A stretch of 60,660 bases of DNA from IMG/VR virus record IMGVR_UViG_3300025310_000006, positions 1 to 60,660 of that record. The stretch is one strand, 5' to 3'. Below the pieces are notes generated by a model. It searched no databases and had not been told where the DNA came from. It worked only from the letters and a program-made list of their open reading frames with translations. A program made the translations under genes and the position numbers. The DNA is from a virus. Lineage: Duplodnaviria > Caudoviricetes. Shown here piece by piece: positions 48,407 to 59,084 of this stretch; position 1 is the stretch's first letter; the number at the start of each line of letters is the position of its first letter.

Positions 48407-48435
48407 AAATATCCTCCACACACTATTCACATAAA

Positions 48436-49401
48436 CTATGCAAACCAGAAGGGTCTAGCCGGATAATTGTATTTGTTATCCTCAATCTCCTTTTCCAGCT
48501 TCTCCTTCTCTTCCTTTCCTTCTCTGATATAGAACTCACCATTGACGGTTGCTCCACCTGGGAATGTTATGCCGCTATACTTCGATACATTGTAACCACA
48601 CTGAATCTTGCAGAGAGCGGCTATATATCTTCTTATCCAGATGTTGTCAAACAAAACAGCATCTTCTACTCTTGTCCAAACTGGAAGAATAACTACACCA
48701 GTAGCTTTAGGAGCGGGTGATAAGCGAACCTTTCGACTTTCTTCCATGAATTGAACATCCATCTTGACAGTATAACGCTGCTTTATCATCTCAAGGTATT
48801 GTAGCCCCAATTCGTAGCCTACTAAGTCAGCACCGCCACCCGCTCCACGGGTTCCTTCACCACCTCTGGAGCCAAATGAGTTGAACTGTCCGAAGGAGCC
48901 AGGAGTCCACATAGAAGTGCCTACAGAGCCAAATCCAGCCCCTTGTAAGCCACCGATGCCCGAAGACATAATACCGAGTCCAGTAAGGGCGAAACCTCTT
49001 TCTAGGAGGGGTTCTGTAGAATACTGTTGACTCTGTGTTGTTCTTGATGCAGCCATAACATCACCAACGGCTAATACATTTCTCGGAAGCTGATACTCTT
49101 GCTTATATACTAAGAAAGGTTCGGCTGATATACCTAAGCATAATCCCGACTGATCTTCGTATTGCCTTGTTTCAAACTGATAACTACCATCCTCATTTAG
49201 CTTAGTATATTCAACTGGCTTAGTCTCAATAATAATGTAATTCTCTTCATGTCCAGTTCCACCAGCATGAAAAGTATAGTAGTCAATAGCCTCGTCCATG
49301 AGGTTATCAATCTGAGCCGGATCAATCGGCGGCTTGATAGCTGGCGCTCCAAGAATCTTATAAATCCAGTCAGTTAGCGATGCTCTTGTATTGACTTTCA
49401 T
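48436..49401 (-). CDS. gp13: Neck protein (T4 gp13-like)
   Basis: LGAP.I, Q.D...DEA..YY..H, WIRRY..AL.K.Q.G.N.SKY.G..FPGG.TVNG. Confidence 0.9.
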   Translation of the reverse strand: MKVNTRASLTDWIYKILGAPAIKPPIDPAQIDNLMDEAIDYYTFHAGGTGHEENYIIIETKPVEYTKLNEDGSYQFETRQYEDQSGLCLGISAEPFLVYKQEYQLPRNVLAVGDVMAASRTTQSQQYSTEPLLERGFALTGLGIMSSGIGGLQGAGFGSVGTSMWTPGSFGQFNSFGSRGGEGTRGAGGGADLVGYELGLQYLEMIKQRYTVKMDVQFMEESRKVRLSPAPKATGVVILPVWTRVEDAVLFDNIWIRRYIAALCKIQCGYNVSKYSGITFPGGATVNGEFYIREGKEEKEKLEKEIEDNKYNYPARPFWFA

Positions 49402-49451
49402 ATGTGTCCCTCAACCCTTATTTATCAATCATATGAATGTCTAAAACATTA

Positions 49452-50066
49452 TTATAAATCTTTTATTATTGAAAAGAGGAATTTATAGAGAGCCATTCTA
49501 TCGTCTTCTACCTGAGAATAGTCTATTCCAGCGGTATCCATTATCTTTTTCAACTCATGTTTCTTGACAAGCATCCACTCTCTAGGAGTCTTGGCTTTGA
49601 GAGCCTTTAGTGTCTCAGGATCGAATCCATGTATGGTAGATGGCTTAGGTGGCGGTTCTTTCTTGAACATGATGCATTCACAAACTGACCAATGAACAGG
49701 ACTACCATACGAGCCACCGAAATGATACTTTCCACGCCCATGACACTTCGGACAATTCTTATCAGCGTGAGGACTATCAGGTGGCTCTTCCGCGTCTGGA
49801 AGTAAAAATCCATCTGGCTTTATACTCTTGATGACTTCTTCAGTTGGAGTATTTACTATATTAAATACATTTCCAGTTTGTTCTATGGTGAAATCAACTT
49901 TATTCAGAGTATCACCAAAGGATTCAAATTGTAAGCCGGGTAGTCCGTCAAACATCTCATAATAACCAACTATACGCTCACCCTTTTTCAAGAAAATAAT
50001 TTGATTGTGTATATCCTTGAGCTTTATAACACCATCTGTTACTTTTCTGAATATTGCTGGGCGCAT
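49452..50066 (-). CDS. Hypothetical protein with a DnaJ-like CxxCxGxG zinc finger
   Basis: CPKCHGRG...CEC. Confidence 0.65.
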   Translation of the reverse strand: MRPAIFRKVTDGVIKLKDIHNQIIFLKKGERIVGYYEMFDGLPGLQFESFGDTLNKVDFTIEQTGNVFNIVNTPTEEVIKSIKPDGFLLPDAEEPPDSPHADKNCPKCHGRGKYHFGGSYGSPVHWSVCECIMFKKEPPPKPSTIHGFDPETLKALKAKTPREWMLVKKHELKKIMDTAGIDYSQVEDDRMALYKFLFSIIKDL

Positions 50067-50068
50067 AT

Positions 50069-50440
50069 TTATCCCTTCAGAGGTCCGAGCTTATCATTGA
50101 ATTCATTGACACCATTACCAATTTTTTTCTGTCTCTCTTTAGCTTCTTCTTGGAATCTTATGAGGTTTTCTTTAGCTCTCTGGACGGCATCTTTCTTCTT
50201 CTCTTCAGGTAGCTCTCCAGCATTGAGCTTACTAATCTCTATCTTTAGACGCTCATATTCTTCCTCAAGCTCTTCACGGCGCTTTCTAAACACTCCAGAT
50301 AGACGGACATCCATGTTAGGTCCTGACATGGCTTCTAGCTTCATAGTAGCTATAACTATGCCCTTCTCAATTTCTTCCATTTCCGACTGTCTTGTTTCAA
50401 GCATGAACTTTATGAGTTTGTCTTTTTCGTCTCTTGTCAT
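50069..50440 (-). CDS. Hypothetical coiled-coil protein
   Basis: 123-aa ORF with AAGGA RBS. Confidence 0.7.
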   Translation of the reverse strand: MTRDEKDKLIKFMLETRQSEMEEIEKGIVIATMKLEAMSGPNMDVRLSGVFRKRREELEEEYERLKIEISKLNAGELPEEKKKDAVQRAKENLIRFQEEAKERQKKIGNGVNEFNDKLGPLKG

Positions 50441-50464
50441 ATAAGAATCCTTTGAGGTATTATA

Positions 50465-52282
50465 TCATTTATTTTCTATTATATATCTTTTATGCCCACA
50501 ATCATAAACCCTATATAAACCCAATTTTTCAGACAAGACAGCCTCAGTGTCATATTCGGTAAAATCTATATTAAGGGACAAACACTTCTTTATCAACTTC
50601 TTTTTATCAAATCCAAACTTATGTTTTCTACACCATTTCGTATTAGAACCACAATACATATAGTCAACTCCGAGTATTTTATCCTCCAAAAATCCTATCT
50701 TTTTATAAAATTCACTATCCCCCCACCTATTATCAGAAAAAGTCACTATTTGTGTCATTGGGTGTAATTTTATAAAATTATTCAAAAGCTTCCCGGCTCC
50801 ACCCGGGACGTTTAATTCTCTAATAGTTGAATATCTTTGAAGTTCCCATTGATTTTCTACTCTTTTTAATTTACCATGGCGCAATCCAAATGACATCATA
50901 CATACTATACTTCCATTATGTTCCAACCCATAACAGTTTCCAATCTTGGATGGAGCGCCTTGTATATGATTATTGTTGAAAAAATCCCTAGCTGTAAAAT
51001 CATCTACTTCAATTATTTTACATTTACGAGCGTATATTTTATTTTCATTCTTTCCGAGTATACTTATAATTCTTGATTTACAAATATCTTTTTTGTTGCA
51101 CCACTCATCATCGAATATAGTTATTAACCTATATCCATTTTCTTTGCACATCTCGTATTTTCTTTTGTGATAGTTTTTGTCATTTTTAAATTTAGTCGAG
51201 TGCCATATAACACCGCAAAACTCAAAAGCTACTTTTTTATCATGACATACAATGTCTAACTCATAAGGAGCAATTATTGTTTTATTATTTTCCTCAACAT
51301 CTAAAACCAATGATTTTATAAATTCACAAAATTCTGTTTGACTCTTTCTTTTTGTGGATGCGTAACATTTTTCACAACTCATTTTATAATAGTTTCCAGT
51401 TAAATTAGCCCACGTTTTCACATATAAACCCCCGCAGTTATTGCAAACAAACTCTATAGGAGTATTTACATCTTTATATTCCAATTTAGTTTTTGGATAA
51501 AAATTATATTCCAAACACATATTCTTTATTTTTTCACACACCCTATCAGCATCTATATTTTTCTTACATCCCAAACACCCATTACCATTACCAGTAAACA
51601 AGTTATATGGTAAACATTCTTTTATTTCTCCACAGTCATTACACTGATATACACATTTTGTTTTCGTATTTGTATACTGAACTATACGCCACTTATCTTG
51701 TGTTAAAATTTTGTTTTTGAGATTTTGTGGTAATGTGTCATATGTTATTGTTTCACGTAGTATAACCCCATTTGATAAATTATCACGCGTATTTAACTTT
51801 TCTTTGATTACATCTGCCGAAATTGGGTGATATTTTCCATTACATTCTGGACATTGTAAGGTAGTATTATCAAGATTTTTTTCAAGATGTGATATGGATT
51901 TTATTTCTTTTATATAATCATGAACATTGCATTTAACAAATATACTATCATTAAACCTATTGTAATACTGCTTTTCATTCATAATCTTAAAATTATATTT
52001 AGTTGCCCAGGAAAAAATAACTTCATATTTAACACCCATTTGTTCGTACTTTGCTCGTAACGAACAATGTGGGCATTCTTTTGGATTTTTATGTAAGGAT
52101 TTTACTTTGGTGACAGATGAACAGTATGTATGTTTATTATCACATTCAATTATAACTTTGGTATTTACATTAAATTTATTATCTTCCATTAGATCTTTTT
52201 CATTTATAACTTTTACGCCATTAAATAAATGACTATGGTGTAGATAAGTAGTCTTTGGGCGGGGCATAATAGTTTTCTCCAC
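50465..52282 (-). CDS. Hef-like homing endonuclease with multiple CxxC repeats
   Basis: ELDI...VAFEFCG..WHS, IFDDEW, IYARKC, NHIQG, ELQRY, GGAGKL, YDCG. Paralog of 42567-44330; AT-rich. Confidence 0.82.
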   Translation of the reverse strand: MEKTIMPRPKTTYLHHSHLFNGVKVINEKDLMEDNKFNVNTKVIIECDNKHTYCSSVTKVKSLHKNPKECPHCSLRAKYEQMGVKYEVIFSWATKYNFKIMNEKQYYNRFNDSIFVKCNVHDYIKEIKSISHLEKNLDNTTLQCPECNGKYHPISADVIKEKLNTRDNLSNGVILRETITYDTLPQNLKNKILTQDKWRIVQYTNTKTKCVYQCNDCGEIKECLPYNLFTGNGNGCLGCKKNIDADRVCEKIKNMCLEYNFYPKTKLEYKDVNTPIEFVCNNCGGLYVKTWANLTGNYYKMSCEKCYASTKRKSQTEFCEFIKSLVLDVEENNKTIIAPYELDIVCHDKKVAFEFCGVIWHSTKFKNDKNYHKRKYEMCKENGYRLITIFDDEWCNKKDICKSRIISILGKNENKIYARKCKIIEVDDFTARDFFNNNHIQGAPSKIGNCYGLEHNGSIVCMMSFGLRHGKLKRVENQWELQRYSTIRELNVPGGAGKLLNNFIKLHPMTQIVTFSDNRWGDSEFYKKIGFLEDKILGVDYMYCGSNTKWCRKHKFGFDKKKLIKKCLSLNIDFTEYDTEAVLSEKLGLYRVYDCGHKRYIIENK

Positions 52283-52319
52283 TCTATAGTTTTATTATAT
52301 GCCGTGTTTATAATAAATC

Positions 52320-52356
52320 AAAAAAATAACCCCCGCCGAAGCGAGGGTTATTTTTC
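52320..52356 (-). terminator. Intrinsic terminator after the major capsid gene
   Basis: Minus strand AATAACCCTCGC-TTCG-GCGGGGGTTATT followed by a T run (UUCG loop). Confidence 0.88.
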
Positions 52357-52378
52357 ACCTTTTAAGGATTTAGCTAAC

Positions 52379-53749
52379 TTAGCCTACTGAGCCAGAGAGC
52401 GACGAAGTGGACAAGCCACGGACGTCAATGTAGCGATAGTAGTTTTCAGCACCGAAGAGGTTATTGCACATGCCGTAGCGTGTCATAACACCGATTCTTG
52501 GGTTGAAGGAATCCTGACCAACAGCTTCGAGGAACTGGAGTGGGACATATGGGAGGTAAACGATGCCAGAGTCAGCATCATCGCGTCCCTTGTATCCAAC
52601 AACAGCGTAATCACGGGTTGCAAACATGTCACGGTAGACAGTGAAGCGACCGATGGTTCCGACCTTAGCAACGCCCGAAACTTCAGTTGCGAGGTTGGTT
52701 GCTACAGAGCTAAGAGCGAACTGCTCAAGAGCTTCGATTGCAGCGCAGACGGTTGGCGAAGCGAGAACGAAGTTACCAGCACCACGACGGGTAGCAACTG
52801 CGATATCACTTGAAGCCTTGAGAAGAACGGTGTAAAGTGTTCTAAACTTTTCCTGTTCCCAGCGTCCATCAGCACCACCGAAAGCAGCCGAGCGGTAATC
52901 CCATACGAGAACGCCACCGACCTGAGCGAGAGCAATGATGTTAGCCTTAACTTCTGCGTCGATTTCTGCGGCTACTTCGTAGGCAAGTAAGTCGCTCAAC
53001 TGAGCAGCGAGGTCAACATTGTGCATGTTCTTCAAGTCCTGCTGTGCTTCATGCGACCAACGAGCAGCGAGCTTGCGGGTCTTAGCTTCAACAGTCTGCT
53101 TCTCAACGGAGAGTCCCATGTAACGGATACGATCCATTTCAGCGATTCCCTGCCAGTGAGTTTCGCCAAGACCTTCAGCATCGGCAGTATTGTATCCACC
53201 GCGTGGTGACAATCCTGCGTCAACATCTCCACCCTTTACCTTACCATTGTCAACTGTTATATTCCAAGCGGCGTTGAAATCAGCGGAGGTTGGAAGGGTT
53301 GTTGCGGTTGTTGGATATCCACCCGAGTAGAGAGCTTCTACGGTGTTGAATCCAGCTTCCTGCCCTGGGAATCCAGCCTTCGAATTGAAGTCGCTCTGGT
53401 AGCGATAGCGGAGGGCATATGCCAATCCGACTGGTGTAAACATTGGCTGCACGCCAACGAGTTCATTAGTGACGAGTTCAGGGAATACACGGGCAACTAA
53501 AGGCATTGCGATTGCCTGGAAGCGTGCGATACCTGTTGAACCACCAACGTTTGATGCGTTTGGTCCGACATACGATGTTACTGCTCCACCCGCGGACGAA
53601 GCGGCTTCGCTAAGAACGTCCTTGAAGTAGCGGTTCTCTTGTTCGAGAAGCTGTGAGGTGATTTCTGCCTTACGATCGTCACGAATATGCTCGATCATTG
53701 GCTTCCACTTCTTAAGAAGTGCGTCTCTAATTTGTGCGTCTAATGCCAT
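52379..53749 (-). CDS. gp23: Major capsid protein
   Basis: KW.P, LLEQ, GVQPM..PVG.A.ALR, VEAKTRKL.A.WS.E..QDL..MH, EID.E, TRRGAGNF, Y.PYVPL, F.P.IG..TRY. Confidence 0.97.
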   Translation of the reverse strand: MALDAQIRDALLKKWKPMIEHIRDDRKAEITSQLLEQENRYFKDVLSEAASSAGGAVTSYVGPNASNVGGSTGIARFQAIAMPLVARVFPELVTNELVGVQPMFTPVGLAYALRYRYQSDFNSKAGFPGQEAGFNTVEALYSGGYPTTATTLPTSADFNAAWNITVDNGKVKGGDVDAGLSPRGGYNTADAEGLGETHWQGIAEMDRIRYMGLSVEKQTVEAKTRKLAARWSHEAQQDLKNMHNVDLAAQLSDLLAYEVAAEIDAEVKANIIALAQVGGVLVWDYRSAAFGGADGRWEQEKFRTLYTVLLKASSDIAVATRRGAGNFVLASPTVCAAIEALEQFALSSVATNLATEVSGVAKVGTIGRFTVYRDMFATRDYAVVGYKGRDDADSGIVYLPYVPLQFLEAVGQDSFNPRIGVMTRYGMCNNLFGAENYYRYIDVRGLSTSSLSGSVG

Positions 53750-53785
53750 GGTAATACCTTTCTTGAGTATTTATTGGTTAGTGAT

Positions 53786-54871
53786 TTATATACGACGATT
53801 CATGCGGTCGAGTGACTTTTTCCATGAATCCATCGGTAGGTTGCTAGAAGTTGTTGATGAAGAGGAAACCATTTCCTCTATTTTTTCCATCTGCTTCTTA
53901 GCGGATTCAGTTATAACTGGCTTTGCTGGTGCCTTTGGAGCAACACTTTGAGTTGTAGGCTTTGCTGGAGCCTTGACGCTTTCACTGATTATGTAATCCT
54001 TGACAGCATCGAACTTCTTCTCTATATCGGAGGCAGTTGCACTCTCAAGGAGCTTGGCTGCGCGAGCCTTCTGAGTCTGTGTCATTCCCTCGGTCAACGA
54101 GGCGAGCTTAACCTTCTTTTCCAAATCTCTAACCTGGGCAGTCAATGAGACTACTTCTTTCACTTTTGCGTTGTATTGCTCGGCAATAGACTCAGATTCC
54201 TTCTTCGCAGCCTTGAGAGCTTCGTATCCGGTTGAGTCCAGCTTGATGTAGTTCTTGGAGAAGGTATTTAACATACCATCAACAAGTCCTTCATAAGCCT
54301 TTGCTTTCGCGGCTGCTTCCATGATGCCCTCTGGAATATGCTTAGGAATTTCGGATTCGAGATATTGATCCAACTTCTCAAGCAAGTCCTTACGGTACTT
54401 ATTAACATCTTCAGCAAGAGCAGCCTCTTGCTTTATTCTGAAATTCTTTGCTTCTTCGACCATCACTCTCTCAAGGACGGTGCGATATTCGGCAGCAGTT
54501 TCCTCAACCATCTTCTCAACCTGAGTGCGGTATTCAGAGGAAGTCTGCTCAACAACCTGAATAGTTTGCTCCTTGAAGTTATTCAACTCTTCAAAGAGGA
54601 TTTCTTCTTTCTTAGCGAATGCTTCTGCTAATTCAGCAGCGAACAACTCGGCTTCCTTCTGGAAGGTTTCCTGCTGTTCTTCGAGCTTCTTCTTAGCTTC
54701 AGCAGCTTCCTTCTTAGCAGCGTCGAGCTGTTCCTGAAGTGATAGAGTTGAAGCCTTTGCTCTGTCGGTAACGAGCGAGTCAAGATAGGTTGAAATTTCT
54801 GAAGCGGCTTCGTTAGAGAGTGATTCTCCAAGTGCCTTCTTCAATGTCTCCATAATTGCCTGTTTGCTCAT
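53786..54871 (-). CDS. gp22: Prohead core scaffold protein
   Basis: Between protease and MCP; E/K/A-rich coiled coil; LD.YLE, LTEGMT.TQK; TATAAATA at 54895-54902. Confidence 0.85.
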   Translation of the reverse strand: MSKQAIMETLKKALGESLSNEAASEISTYLDSLVTDRAKASTLSLQEQLDAAKKEAAEAKKKLEEQQETFQKEAELFAAELAEAFAKKEEILFEELNNFKEQTIQVVEQTSSEYRTQVEKMVEETAAEYRTVLERVMVEEAKNFRIKQEAALAEDVNKYRKDLLEKLDQYLESEIPKHIPEGIMEAAAKAKAYEGLVDGMLNTFSKNYIKLDSTGYEALKAAKKESESIAEQYNAKVKEVVSLTAQVRDLEKKVKLASLTEGMTQTQKARAAKLLESATASDIEKKFDAVKDYIISESVKAPAKPTTQSVAPKAPAKPVITESAKKQMEKIEEMVSSSSTTSSNLPMDSWKKSLDRMNRRI

Positions 54872-54910
54872 GTTGTCTCCTGAGATGCTATAAGTATTTA
54901 TAAGGGTTTG

Positions 54911-55615
54911 TTAGATTGTCTTGAAAAAATCTTTCAGACATGAAACGAGATACAAATCTCTATCATGTTTTGGCAATGAAGATAATGCTTTATTCAGATT
55001 ATCGTATGCTTTTCCACTACGAGCAAACGATTCCGGAGTATATCTACCACCGCTTCTGATATAGTTGACGCTTTCAAGAATTCCATCAACGAAACCGTCT
55101 GGTGCTGAAGGATCGGCTACGATATCAACAGTAATAAGCTCGTATTCAGTAACAAGGGCAGCATCTTGTCCATGGGCTTCCTGAACATTTCCAAGTCCAC
55201 GGGATGAAACGCCAAGCTGCCCGTCTGCCTTGAGAATGGATTCGGCTATTCTGCCATATTCTGTGTCAAGTATCTTAGCCTTACCGATAACATCGTTTCC
55301 ATTCCACTTCATATCGGTAATTATGTGGGAAACGCGGTGAAGGTTTATTTCAACGCCTTCTGGATGCCCAAGCTCACCGAATGTGCGCCACTTCTTTGTC
55401 TTCTCATTGGGGAAGCGATCAGCTACATAAGCCTGAACGCATTTCTCCATGAGAGAGCGTGGGTAAACTCGTCCATTACGGTTCTTCTTCTCTGTTTGAA
55501 TGAATATACCTTCAATGGTTGGTGACTTTACTTTGACACCAGTATCATTGGTATATTCTTCATAAAGAAATTTACCTATGGATTCGAAATTTGATTCGGT
55601 AATAAGTTTGAACAT
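54911..55615 (-). CDS. gp21: Prohead core protease
   Basis: IEGIFIQ, NRNGRVYP, GELGHP, INL.RVSH, GVSSRGLG, DIVADPSAPDGFV.GI.E. Confidence 0.96.
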   Translation of the reverse strand: MFKLITESNFESIGKFLYEEYTNDTGVKVKSPTIEGIFIQTEKKNRNGRVYPRSLMEKCVQAYVADRFPNEKTKKWRTFGELGHPEGVEINLHRVSHIITDMKWNGNDVIGKAKILDTEYGRIAESILKADGQLGVSSRGLGNVQEAHGQDAALVTEYELITVDIVADPSAPDGFVDGILESVNYIRSGGRYTPESFARSGKAYDNLNKALSSLPKHDRDLYLVSCLKDFFKTI

Positions 55616-55616
55616 T

Positions 55617-56033
55617 TTATCCCTCTTTTTGCTTGTTTACCTTATCTGACATTTGCTTCAAATATTTTTCTTTACCGTTATTTATCATTATGTCGAGCTT
55701 CGACCTCATAATTTCTGGAAATGTCTTTTCAGCAGCAGCGTAATCGCCGCTCTGAAGCTGATCAAGCCACTGTGAAGTTGACTGAGTGTATCTTTCTCTT
55801 GAGTCCATAATTGCCTTCGCCTCCTGTATTTCTAGGTTATCAATGAGTTTTTTGAAATTAGAGCGAACACCTTTCCAGAACTTAGGGCTGGACTTGTCCT
55901 TCTCTTCTTTCGTCTTAGCATTTTTCTCTTGCTTGGAAACTGCCTGCGTCCAAAGCTCTTCGAGAACAGTGACGCTTATCTTGTGTTTGTGAGCCAATGA
56001 CATTATCAATTCGTTTGATTCTTTTAGGTTCAT
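55617..56033 (-). CDS. Prohead core protein (gp67/gp68 position)
   Basis: Small helical ORF between portal and protease. Confidence 0.55.
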   Translation of the reverse strand: MNLKESNELIMSLAHKHKISVTVLEELWTQAVSKQEKNAKTKEEKDKSSPKFWKGVRSNFKKLIDNLEIQEAKAIMDSRERYTQSTSQWLDQLQSGDYAAAEKTFPEIMRSKLDIMINNGKEKYLKQMSDKVNKQKEG

Positions 56034-56045
56034 ATTATTTTTCCT

Positions 56046-59000
56046 TTATAGAGCAGGTTCTTCGCCACCTGCATCGCCCCCAACATCCCCACCTTCATCT
56101 CCGCCAGCGTCACCGCCAGCATCGCCGCCACCCATATCTCCGCCCATATCACCGCCGCCTAAGTCCATACCGCCGCCGCCTCCACCACCGCCGCCGCCAT
56201 CCTCACCCTCTTCTTCAAGTGAATCCTTTTCAGCGGCAAGAAGCTCTTGATTCTGCTTCCACTCTTCTTCATCAACTTCAAGATACTTCTGGACAATCCA
56301 CTTACGGGCGAATACAGGCTTCTCGGTGTCGATGAGATCCTTGAAGTTACTGAAGTTCTGGAAACGAAGCTCAAGGACTTTAGCTTCCATGAACTTCTCA
56401 AAGAGGTTATTAGCGAACATCTGAATTTTGATGTCCTGCTCAGTAATACCATATTCTTCAGCTATACCCTTGAGGGTAAGATGAGTAATGAATATATCCT
56501 TGAATACTTCAGCGAATCTATCAGTGTAACGCTTGACTTCCTTGACGAACTTGACTTCTTCACGGGTAATATCTGAAGTGTCACCGATGGAGAACTTGTT
56601 ATCTTCACCAAAGCGGCTCTTAGGAATCTTCAAGCCACGGTAGAGCTTATTCAAGAAGTAATCAATGTCACCGATTTCCCCAAGTCCACTATTATGACAG
56701 AATACGCCAGATTCCAGAGCATATGTGTGATAATTATGTATTATATGGTTATTATCTATCTGCAAATCACCAACATCTTCTCTGTCAGACAAATATTCAA
56801 TCGAGACAACTCTATGATTGATATTTTTACAGTCTTTCTTGAAGTGCTTCCAGTTTCTAAACCCATTCTTTTTTATAATCTTTATTATATTAGAAGTAGT
56901 TATGTTGTTGAAATTTGAATGAGAATCATTATTCTCCTGTTTGAGTCGCGATGTAAATGAATTGTTGCTTCTCAAATATTCAACAACGTCCCGGCACTTT
57001 CCACATGTATTACCAACGGCATCTACAATCATCTTGAAAGTTTCAAATGAACATTTTATAGACTGCTTTTTAGCGGAGGATTCCATTTTAGCGATATATC
57101 CTTTATCGCTCCATAAACGCTTGGAATTATTTGAATAAATAATCTTTTTCTCAAGAGACGATTTTACTGCCTTTATAGATATACCACGTTTCAATAATAC
57201 ATTTTTACGGAAACTATCATCATTCAACATTTTATATTGAAGCTTCTCGTTAGCACCTACGAGATTGGAAATAGCCATAGAAACTAACTTCTCTCGCTCC
57301 TCAACAGTAAGAGTATTCAAATACTTCTTTATTCCCTTCGAAACTCTCTTACCAAATCTCTCTTTTTCAGTCGGTGTAGCGGTAGCCCAATATTCTCTCA
57401 ACGATTTTTCATTTCCATTTTTATTCTTTATAGCATTTAATCCTATTTGTGATAATTTCTCAGAATGGAAGGCAAAATGATCCCTAAATCCCATATGAAA
57501 TAGGTTTTCTGGGTTATTATTGAATCTATTTACATCTGAATGATGTATAACCTTCTTTTCTTCATCCAATTTATATTTAATCTCATTATAAAACGGGGTT
57601 CCGGTTATAGAATTCGAAACCATTTTATGGGTTGGTATCCATTCTTTTCTATGAGTATCATAAACAAAGTTATATTCTTTATCACCTCTATAAACTTTAT
57701 TCTCTTGTCTAAATGGTATAATAGAATCATTTTCTTTTATATCTTTAGCTTCAAGCATACCCTTACCCAATACTGGAAATTTATGTTCTGGAGTGCATTT
57801 TATTTCTTTACCGTTATCAAGTATTAGCTTCATCATCTGGGCATTACGTTTTGTGATACCGGCGGCGTCGATCTTTCCAGGCTTTATCTCCCCAGATTCA
57901 GGATCACAGCTAAATACCCAATTCTGCTTTCCAGCAGCATGTTCGTCTATTATTTGCTGAAGAGTTAGCTTTCTTCCATCTAACAAAGGTATAATAGTAT
58001 CCAGAGCCAAGCATCCGCCAGCCAGAGTTGTAACATCTGAAGAGCGTCCGCCCTGGAATACAGGGAACCAGAAGTCCTCAGTCATAGCCATCATATCCAA
58101 ACCCTCAGATATGTCGCCGGTTGCAGGATCGAAGAACTTACGTTGACGATACTTGCGAATCATTTCCTGCATGAATTGATCGGCTCTGCCCTTTGGAAGC
58201 GAACCAACATCAATCTTGAATACACGGCGCTCTGGCGCACGGACTATACGATAGATAACGAGAGCGTCTTCAAGAAGCTTGAGACGCTTATAGGTTGTCT
58301 TGGATTCTTCAAGGAATGAAAGAACAACCTTCATATCCTCGTCCTTACTCCAGTCAAACTTACCGCTATTAGCGTAAGCTATCATTTCCTTTGGAAGATT
58401 CTTGACGCCTGCATCTTCGCCTTGGTAAGCATAGAAGAGAACATCGTCGGATTCAATATCCTTATAGACAGGATAAATCTTGGTTGTCATCAGCTTCTTG
58501 ACTTTGCAAATACCCTTGGATTCGTCTTCGATATCAAATATCTTTTCAAAGTATATCTCACCATCAACCATATATTCACGGAAATACTGGTGAATATACT
58601 TATCAATTCTTATAATCTGATTCATCAAATGATCAAACTCTGCGATGATTGTCTTACGCATGTTGTCATTCTCGTTGAGAGCCTTATTACGGATGATAAG
58701 CTTCATACACTTACCATCTGGACCCTCGTTGACGGCTTCATCAACATACTCATCAACAGCGAATGCTATTTCTGGATACTTAGCCATTTCGCGATATATG
58801 GCGAGGCGGGTTCTCTTATCACGCTCAATAGCGTAGATATACTTTGAGAATACATTGACTACTTGGCTATACTCACCATTGACAATACCGACATCTTGTA
58901 AGTCGGTGACTGGAGCCTGGGTAATAGCCTTCTCACGGGCTTTGTCATTACCAGGGTTCAGATTGTTGAATATGGTGTTTCTTGTCTTGATGAGAAGCTG

Positions 59001-59078
59001 CTTCTCCTGCGGAGACATGTCAGCAGGAGTTTCCGGCTTTCGGCTTCTATTGAAAGAAAAAAAGTTTCTCATTGCCAT
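56046..59078 (-). CDS. gp20: Portal vertex protein with intein
   Basis: YREMA.YPE, EDALVIYRIVRAPERRVFKIDVG.LP, EDFWFP, TLAGG|intein|SGLGEIGDIDYF..KLY..L.IP.SR, ITREEVKF.K. Confidence 0.96.
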   Translation of the reverse strand: MAMRNFFSFNRSRKPETPADMSPQEKQLLIKTRNTIFNNLNPGNDKAREKAITQAPVTDLQDVGIVNGEYSQVVNVFSKYIYAIERDKRTRLAIYREMAKYPEIAFAVDEYVDEAVNEGPDGKCMKLIIRNKALNENDNMRKTIIAEFDHLMNQIIRIDKYIHQYFREYMVDGEIYFEKIFDIEDESKGICKVKKLMTTKIYPVYKDIESDDVLFYAYQGEDAGVKNLPKEMIAYANSGKFDWSKDEDMKVVLSFLEESKTTYKRLKLLEDALVIYRIVRAPERRVFKIDVGSLPKGRADQFMQEMIRKYRQRKFFDPATGDISEGLDMMAMTEDFWFPVFQGGRSSDVTTLAGGCLALDTIIPLLDGRKLTLQQIIDEHAAGKQNWVFSCDPESGEIKPGKIDAAGITKRNAQMMKLILDNGKEIKCTPEHKFPVLGKGMLEAKDIKENDSIIPFRQENKVYRGDKEYNFVYDTHRKEWIPTHKMVSNSITGTPFYNEIKYKLDEEKKVIHHSDVNRFNNNPENLFHMGFRDHFAFHSEKLSQIGLNAIKNKNGNEKSLREYWATATPTEKERFGKRVSKGIKKYLNTLTVEEREKLVSMAISNLVGANEKLQYKMLNDDSFRKNVLLKRGISIKAVKSSLEKKIIYSNNSKRLWSDKGYIAKMESSAKKQSIKCSFETFKMIVDAVGNTCGKCRDVVEYLRSNNSFTSRLKQENNDSHSNFNNITTSNIIKIIKKNGFRNWKHFKKDCKNINHRVVSIEYLSDREDVGDLQIDNNHIIHNYHTYALESGVFCHNSGLGEIGDIDYFLNKLYRGLKIPKSRFGEDNKFSIGDTSDITREEVKFVKEVKRYTDRFAEVFKDIFITHLTLKGIAEEYGITEQDIKIQMFANNLFEKFMEAKVLELRFQNFSNFKDLIDTEKPVFARKWIVQKYLEVDEEEWKQNQELLAAEKDSLEEEGEDGGGGGGGGGGMDLGGGDMGGDMGGGDAGGDAGGDEGGDVGGDAGGEEPAL
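56691..58013 (-). mobile_element. Intein (441 aa) with HNH endonuclease in the portal gene
   Basis: Starts CLALDT; block B CTPEHKF; HNH VIHHSDVNRFNNNPENL; ends VFCHN followed by Ser(+1). AT-rich relative to the exteins. Confidence 0.93.
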
Positions 59079-59084
59079 GTCATA

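Noticed and set aside
48070-48423. 117-aa ORF as an intact endonuclease gene
   Set aside because: Its N-terminus reads through the RBS and the palindromic scar; the likely real start (48406) is in another frame, so it is treated as a pseudogene.
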